DNA from: an uncultured Holophagales bacterium
GTDB taxonomy: Bacteria; Acidobacteriota; Thermoanaerobaculia; Multivoradales; UBA5704
Direction of reading: 5' to 3'
Assembly (NCBI GenBank): GCA_963842525.1
Contig: CAWJGT010000021.1
Span: forward strand, 41,187-105,186
Length of the DNA stretch: 64,000 nucleotides
A program made the position numbers and the translations under genes. Below are positions 58,390 through 64,000 of this stretch, one piece after another. A model generated the notes under the pieces. That model was not told the origin of the DNA, did no database searches, and saw nothing but the letters and a program-made list of their open reading frames with translations. Positions within the stretch are counted from its first letter, which is position 1; each line of letters opens with the position of its first letter.

Positions 58390-58848
58390 ATGCAACGAGA
58401 ACGCATCCTGCCGCTGGCTGGTTGGCTCAGCGTCGTCGTGGCCGTGCTCCATGTCGTCATCATTTTTCTGGGGCCGCCTGCCTACCGGTACTTCGGAGCC
58501 GGCGAAGAGATGGCCCGCCAGGCCGAGGAGGGCTCTCTCGCCCCGGCCGCGATGACGCTTGCCGTGGCCGCGGTCTTCGTGGTCTTCGCTCTCTATGCCT
58601 TTGCCGGGGCAGGGCTGCTGCGACGACGGCCGCCGCTGCTGCGGACCGGTCTGGTGGCCATTGCCACGATCTACATCCTCCGCGGGCTCGCGTTGCTGCC
58701 CGAGATGGCACAATACGTACGGGACTCCGGCACCGTGATGCCGCGTCAACTGGCCTTTTCTGCCGTCTCCCTGACGATCGGCCTTCTGTATCTCGTGGGC
58801 ACGGTGCTTCTGTGGCCCCGACTCAGCCCGGCTCGCAGGCAGCGATAG
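58390..58848 (+). CDS. Four-TM membrane protein of unknown function
   Basis: Start MQRERI; LHVVIIFLGPPAYRYFGAGEEMA and hydrophobic helices. Confidence 0.75.
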   Translation: MQRERILPLAGWLSVVVAVLHVVIIFLGPPAYRYFGAGEEMARQAEEGSLAPAAMTLAVAAVFVVFALYAFAGAGLLRRRPPLLRTGLVAIATIYILRGLALLPEMAQYVRDSGTVMPRQLAFSAVSLTIGLLYLVGTVLLWPRLSPARRQR

Positions 58849-58877
58849 CGCGCGGCCTTCATCGGAGCGGCGATCGC

Positions 58878-60788
58878 TCAGCGATAGCCAGTGGCCTGCA
58901 GCTCGAACAGCTCGGCGTAACGGCCGTCCTGCGCCAGCAGCTCCTCGTGGGTGCCCATCGCCTCGACCTGTCCCTCGGCGAGGACCAGGATGCGGTCTGC
59001 CATGCGCACGCTGGAGAACCGGTGCGAGATCAGCACGGCGGTCTTCCCTTCGCTCAGCTCCTTGAAGCGCTGGAACACCTCGAATTCCGAGCGGGCGTCG
59101 AGCGCGGCGGTGGGCTCGTCGAGGATCAGCACCGGGGCGTCGCGCATGTAGGCGCGGGCAATGGCAATCTTTTGCCACTCGCCGCCGGAGAGGTCGACCC
59201 CGGTGCGAAAACGTTTGCCGATCATCTGATCGTAGCCTTCCGGCAGCTTGTGGATCACCTCGTCGGCGAGGCTGCTCGCGGCGGCGGCGGCGATGCGCGT
59301 GCGGTCACCGCGGGCCTCGATGCGGCCCACCGCGATGTTCTCGGCGGCGGTGAGGTGATAGCGCACGAAATCCTGAAAGATCACACCGGTGTTGGCGCGC
59401 AACGCGCCCACGTCGTACTCGCGCAGGTCGTGGCCGTCGAGCAGGATCCGCCCCTCGTCAGGGTCGTACAGCCGCGCCAGCAGCTTGACCAGAGTCGTCT
59501 TGCCGGCGCCGTTCTCGCCGACCAGGGCCAGCACCTCACCGGCCTGCAGGGTGAAGCTCAGATGGCGCACCGCCCAACGCTCGGCGCCGGGATAGCGGAA
59601 GCCGACGTCCTCGAAGGTGAAACCCTTGCGGATCGGCCTCGGAAAGGGCCGCGGGTTGTCCGGCGAGACGATCTCCGGCTCGATCTCGAAGAAGGAGAAC
59701 AGGTCGTCCAGATAGAGCGCCTGCCCGGCCACCTGCGAAAAGCCGATCAGCAGGCCTTCGAGAAGGTTGCGCAGCCTGCGGAAGGAGCCGGAGAGGAAGG
59801 TGAGGTCGCCGATGCTGAAGTCGCCGCGCAAGGTCCGCCAGGCGATGAAGGCGTAGGCCACGTAATAGCCGATGGTGCCGACGGCGGCCAACAGGCCGCC
59901 CCAACCGGCGCGGCGGGTCGCCAGCTTGCGGTTGTCCTGATACATGGCGCCGGACAGCGCGCGGTAGCGTTCGATCAGGAAGGCATTGAGGCCGAAGATC
60001 TTTACTTCCTTGGCGGTCTCGACGCTGGCGCCGGTCTGGCGCACGTAGTCGAGCTCCCGCCGCTCCGGCGTCCGGGTGTAGTTGAGCGAATAGCTCTGGG
60101 CGTTGAAATGGGCCTCGCCGAGGAAGGCCGGCACCAGCGCCAGGATGAGCAGCGCGATCAGCCAGGGTGCATAGACCACCAGCCCGGCGGCGAAGCTGAT
60201 GATGGTCACCATGTCCTGCGCCTGGCCGAACAGTTGGCTCATCAGGCCCATCCGGCCCGTGGTCTGCCGGCGGGCGCGTTCGAGGCGGTCCTGTAGCTCG
60301 CTGTCCTCGAAGTCCTCCAGGTCGAGCGTGGCCGCATGCTCCATCAGGCGCACGCTGGTTGCGTTGGTGAGCTGCTCGCCCAGGAGCGAGTCGACCAGCG
60401 AGACGATGCGGCCCAGCACGTCGGACAGCACCGCGAGGCCGAATTCGGCGGCCAGCAGCCAGCCGAGATGGCCGAGCAGGCCGCTGGCCAACCAGGCTCG
60501 CAGGCTCCCGGGCGCGCTCTCGATCCCGGCCAGGCGGACGACCTCGTCGATGATCAGCTTGCCGACGAAGAGGGTGGCGACCGGCAGCAGGGCGCGGACC
60601 AGGCGCAGCGCCAGGTCGGTCCCGGTGAGGCCGGGGCTGGTCTGCCAGATGAGCTTCAGGAACGGCGGCAGGTTGCGCAGCGCGCCAAAGCGCTCGCGCA
60701 GCGACCGTGGCGCCGGAGGCGTGCCGCCCGGCGCTCCCGTCCCTGCCGAGGCTGTGGCGCGGCCGCCCATGCTGTACTGCCGAGGCAT
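58878..60788 (-). CDS. ABC transporter fused permease/ATP-binding protein
   Basis: TM domain; GENGAGKTT, LSGGEWQ, ILDEPT, ISHR. Confidence 0.95.
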   Translation of the reverse strand: MPRQYSMGGRATASAGTGAPGGTPPAPRSLRERFGALRNLPPFLKLIWQTSPGLTGTDLALRLVRALLPVATLFVGKLIIDEVVRLAGIESAPGSLRAWLASGLLGHLGWLLAAEFGLAVLSDVLGRIVSLVDSLLGEQLTNATSVRLMEHAATLDLEDFEDSELQDRLERARRQTTGRMGLMSQLFGQAQDMVTIISFAAGLVVYAPWLIALLILALVPAFLGEAHFNAQSYSLNYTRTPERRELDYVRQTGASVETAKEVKIFGLNAFLIERYRALSGAMYQDNRKLATRRAGWGGLLAAVGTIGYYVAYAFIAWRTLRGDFSIGDLTFLSGSFRRLRNLLEGLLIGFSQVAGQALYLDDLFSFFEIEPEIVSPDNPRPFPRPIRKGFTFEDVGFRYPGAERWAVRHLSFTLQAGEVLALVGENGAGKTTLVKLLARLYDPDEGRILLDGHDLREYDVGALRANTGVIFQDFVRYHLTAAENIAVGRIEARGDRTRIAAAAASSLADEVIHKLPEGYDQMIGKRFRTGVDLSGGEWQKIAIARAYMRDAPVLILDEPTAALDARSEFEVFQRFKELSEGKTAVLISHRFSSVRMADRILVLAEGQVEAMGTHEELLAQDGRYAELFELQATGYR

Positions 60789-60851
60789 CAGGCCTCCTCC
60801 CTTCGAGCCCGGCAGGTAGCGAGAAGGATGCCAGGGTCGAGTGAGCAGGCC

Positions 60852-61214
60852 CTACGGCTTGGCGAGGAACACCAGGGCCAGAGCAACGACCGCCGGCAGC
60901 GCCTGGACCACGAGGATCCGACGGTTGACCGTCACCGCGCCGAAGATGCCGGCGACGACCACGCAGGCAAGGAAGAACACCTTCAGGAAGAAGCCCGCCT
61001 CGCCGGCGGCCAAACCCCACACCAGGCCGGCCACGAGGAAGCCGTTGTAGAGCCCCTGGTTGGCGGCCAGGCCCGCGGACTGCTTCGCGAAGTCGGCAGA
61101 CAGCCCGAACGTGCGCCGGCCGAAGGGCTTCGTCCAGAGGAACATCTCGAGCACCATGAAATAGAGGTGGAGGAGTGCTACAACCGCGACTGCGACGTTG
61201 GCGGCGGTGTTCAT
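60852..61214 (-). CDS. DUF1304-family membrane protein
   Basis: HLYFMVLEMFLW, ANQGLYNGFL, VQALPA. Confidence 0.9.
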   Translation of the reverse strand: MNTAANVAVAVVALLHLYFMVLEMFLWTKPFGRRTFGLSADFAKQSAGLAANQGLYNGFLVAGLVWGLAAGEAGFFLKVFFLACVVVAGIFGAVTVNRRILVVQALPAVVALALVFLAKP

Positions 61215-61239
61215 GGCCGGATTCTATGCCGGATGTTTC

Positions 61240-62697
61240 CTACACCGCGATCCTGTGCTCGGCAGACGCCGCGGTCTTCCGGCGCAGCATGCCGAACGCG
61301 TCGAGCACCGGCGACGCCATGAAGGTCGTGACGAGCGCCATCAGGACCAGCATGGCGAAGATGCGCGGCGACAGGATACCGAGGTCGTAGCCCACGTTGA
61401 GCACGATCAGCTCGACGAGGCCGCGGGTGTTCATCAGCACGCCGAGAGCGAAGGAATCGCCCCAGGCCATCCCCGTCCAGCGGGCCGCGAGCATGCTGCC
61501 TCCCAGCTTGCCGGCGATCGCCACCGCGATGATGCCCGCACAGGTCAGCCAGCTCCGCCAGTCGTCGAGCAGGCCGATCTGCGTGCGCAGACCTGTGAAG
61601 GCAAAGAAGAGCGGCAGCAGGAAGACTGAGCTGAAGGTCTCGAGCCGCTCGCGCAGGTACTTCCGCAGGCCAGGGCTCGGCGGCATGCACACGCCGGCGA
61701 GGAAGGCGCCGAACAGGGCGTGGATGCCGATCACCTCGGTGCACAGGGCCGAGATGAAGACGAAAAGGAGGATTCCCGCCAGGAGCCCGCCGCTGCGGCT
61801 CTCGTCCGGCGGCCGCTCACCCACCAGCCGGGCCACCCGCGGCCGGACCACAAAGAACATCCCGGCGATGAACAGCAGGGTGAGGACGATGGTCATCAGC
61901 GCGCCGCTCAGCCCGCTTGAGTGCGCAAGCGCGACCACGACGGCGAGAAGGCACCAGGCAGTGATGTCGCCGACCGCTGCGCAGGCGATGGCGGTGCTGC
62001 CGAGGAAGGACGTGGTCATCTTGCGCTCTTCGAGGATGCGCGCCAGCACCGGGAAGGCCGTGATGCTCATGGCCACGCCGAGGAACAGGGCGAACGCGCT
62101 GAACCGGGTCCCGGCGGGCGCGAGAGAGCGGTAGAGCAGCAGCGCGGTAGCGGTGCCGAGGAAGAAGGGCACGACGATGCTCGCATGGCTGACCAGCACC
62201 GCCGCGTCCGCCTTCTTTCGCAGGAGCTGTACGTCGAGCTCGATCCCCACCACGAACATGAACAGGATGACGCCGACCTGGCTGAGCAGTTGGAGCGATC
62301 CGAGCGACGTGGCAGGAAACAGGAACCCCTGGACGCCGGGTGCCAAGAGGCCCAGCAGCGAAGGGCCGAGGAGGATCCCCGCGACGATCTCGCCGATCAC
62401 GCGAGGCTGCCGGATCTTGGCGAAGAGGCTGCCCAGCACCCGCGCGGCGGCAACGATGACAAGGACCTGGAGGAGCAGGAGGCTCAGCGGGTGCTTCAGG
62501 TTCTCGACGAAGGCCCGAACAGGCCCGCCCGCGGGCGCCTTCCCATCCGCATGCGCCGCCGAGGAGCCCTGGAGGGACGCAGCAGGTGCCTCCTGGGCCG
62601 CCTCCGGGGTAAGGCGCGCGCCGAAGCTCAGGATCGCATAGATGCCCGTGCCGAAGAGGGCCAGAAGGACAAGGTAGAAGAGCAGGTTCTTTGGCAT
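61240..62697 (-). CDS. Cation:proton antiporter (CPA2 family)
   Basis: QPRVIGEIVAGILLGPS, SITAFPVLARIL, MNTRGLVELI. Confidence 0.95.
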   Translation of the reverse strand: MPKNLLFYLVLLALFGTGIYAILSFGARLTPEAAQEAPAASLQGSSAAHADGKAPAGGPVRAFVENLKHPLSLLLLQVLVIVAAARVLGSLFAKIRQPRVIGEIVAGILLGPSLLGLLAPGVQGFLFPATSLGSLQLLSQVGVILFMFVVGIELDVQLLRKKADAAVLVSHASIVVPFFLGTATALLLYRSLAPAGTRFSAFALFLGVAMSITAFPVLARILEERKMTTSFLGSTAIACAAVGDITAWCLLAVVVALAHSSGLSGALMTIVLTLLFIAGMFFVVRPRVARLVGERPPDESRSGGLLAGILLFVFISALCTEVIGIHALFGAFLAGVCMPPSPGLRKYLRERLETFSSVFLLPLFFAFTGLRTQIGLLDDWRSWLTCAGIIAVAIAGKLGGSMLAARWTGMAWGDSFALGVLMNTRGLVELIVLNVGYDLGILSPRIFAMLVLMALVTTFMASPVLDAFGMLRRKTAASAEHRIAV

Positions 62698-62779
62698 GGC
62701 AGGACGCCAAAGATACCATGAGCCCCTCTGCTCGATCCCCGCTCGAAGGGCCTCCCCGGCGACCGTGACGCGCCCGCTC

Positions 62780-62891
62780 GCCCCGGGGTTGACACCCGGG
62801 GCTTACCCAGTTGCGCCCTCCGGGCTCTGGGATCCTCGGCTCTGGCGAGCCCGGAGGGCGCCCTTCGGTAGCCCAGGGTGTGAGCCCTGGG
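62780..62891. repeat. REP-like inverted doublet
   Basis: ccccggggttgacacccgggg..gcgccctccgggctc / gagcccggagggcgc..cccagggtgtgagccctggg. Confidence 0.7.
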
Positions 62892-63585
62892 CCGGAGCGG
62901 TGTCAGGCGGCAACCAGTCGCTGTATTTGCCCGTGGCGAGGAAGTATCCGCAAGCGATCATCATCACGCTGAACAACCAGAGCGCACCACTCGGCGTCGT
63001 CGGAAGGACCGTAATGGACGCCACGACAGCCGACGGAAAGATCAGAACAAACGACCACGCCAGCCACGGCGCCAGGAACCTCCGCCGCAACGCGGACACG
63101 CCCACCATCATCGAGCCAACCATGATGAAGTTCATCCCCATCATGTGCACCGCGTACGCCGTGTTGGCCACGGGGTTGGTTCCCGGAGTCGGTATGGCCA
63201 GGCTATTCTGATGCCACGTCCACGTGTGGATCGCGTCACCCGGAATCACCATGCACAGTCCCGCCAGGACAATCCAATACCCTTTGGTTCGAATCCGGCC
63301 CTGGGTATCTCTCATCTGGGCGGACAATCCAATAAGGCCAACCAGCATGAGCACCAACGCCATGGTATAGACACTGCCATATGCCATCCAAAGCCCTGGC
63401 GGCGACGCAAACTGGAGCAGGCCGCCCAACGCTTCCTGGGCGGCACCAACCCATATCGGTCTCGGGATGACAGCCCACCCTGTCATGTACTTGATGATGA
63501 CCATGATGGGGGCCAGAAGCAGGCCCAGGGCGCCGCCCGCCATGGCAAGGTACCCAATGCACGAGTGAGCCGAACGATTCTTCAT
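62803..63585 (-). CDS. Multi-pass membrane protein of unknown function; C-terminal tail encoded by the REP
   Basis: Start MKNRSA; about 6 TM helices; lower GC than the flanks; the last ~30 codons run through the palindrome. Confidence 0.7.
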   Translation of the reverse strand: MKNRSAHSCIGYLAMAGGALGLLLAPIMVIIKYMTGWAVIPRPIWVGAAQEALGGLLQFASPPGLWMAYGSVYTMALVLMLVGLIGLSAQMRDTQGRIRTKGYWIVLAGLCMVIPGDAIHTWTWHQNSLAIPTPGTNPVANTAYAVHMMGMNFIMVGSMMVGVSALRRRFLAPWLAWSFVLIFPSAVVASITVLPTTPSGALWLFSVMMIACGYFLATGKYSDWLPPDTAPAQGSHPGLPKGALRARQSRGSQSPEGATG

Positions 63586-63807
63586 TCGAGGGCCCTCATG
63601 CTTCGGCGCCTCTGACATGCGCCAACACTTGCCGGGGAGTGTCTTCATGGTTCCTGGATTGCGATTTTACCTGGATTCACGGGCGAGCCCCATCGTTCTC
63701 TCTTCGTCTGGATTGTCGCATTGTCCGGACCACCTGCACCAGCCCTCGCTGGTCCGCCTGAAGCAGGACCTGGCGGCCTTCTACCAGGCTGCCACCGCGC
63801 GCTGAGG

Positions 63808-63874
63808 CCTCACCCCCTGTCCCCCTCTCTCATCGCACTCCCTTCCCCCGGGAGAGGGGGGACGCAGGCGGAGC
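63808..63874. repeat. Single arm of the cctcaccccctgtccccctctc repeat family
   Basis: cctcaccccctgtccccctctc..cgggagaggggggacgcaggcggagc matches the reverse complement of 8247-8316. Confidence 0.8.
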
Positions 63875-64000
63875 GTTCCAGGCGAGGTCGATGCGGCATC
63901 TCGCTGGCCAGTCTGTAAGGGCGCAGCATGCTGCGCCCCGCCGACCTTTCCGCACCCCACCCTGCCCGTGTCGCCGTAGATCGCCTCCTCTACGTCCCCC

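Overview
GC-rich bacterial window. It is probably Acidobacteriota, possibly Thermoanaerobaculia-like; this is inferred from the PadR + duplicated orphan permease pair, the acidobacterial-type VWA protein, and the ECF/Ser-Thr kinase and ECF/CHAT modules. No rRNA, tRNA or CRISPR array was seen. The region is accessory: two ECF sigma modules, RsbQ with a PAS hybrid kinase, a paralogous array of secreted M14 carboxypeptidases and TSP3-repeat proteins, toxin-antitoxin-like pairs, many gene scraps, several REP-like palindrome families, a MITE and an IS110-family element. Highlights: (1) a tightly coupled four-gene operon (42632-53159, minus strand) encoding a triple TIR-fold protein, a membrane-anchored nSTAND1 NTPase with WD40 repeats, a TonB-dependent receptor with a helical N-terminal extension, and an NTT-like transporter fused to HEAT and cNMP-binding domains, which may be a trans-envelope NLR/TIR nucleotide-signalling system; (2) an IS110 element inserted in a REP, whose 3' non-coding end carries readable bridge-RNA-like target and donor guides; (3) an ECF / ZAS anti-sigma / lipoprotein TPR-CHAT module; (4) a palindromic repeat inserted in frame in a sulfatase gene. 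Several genes carry single frameshifts that may be long-read errors. All family calls are motif recognition by eye; no database searches were run.
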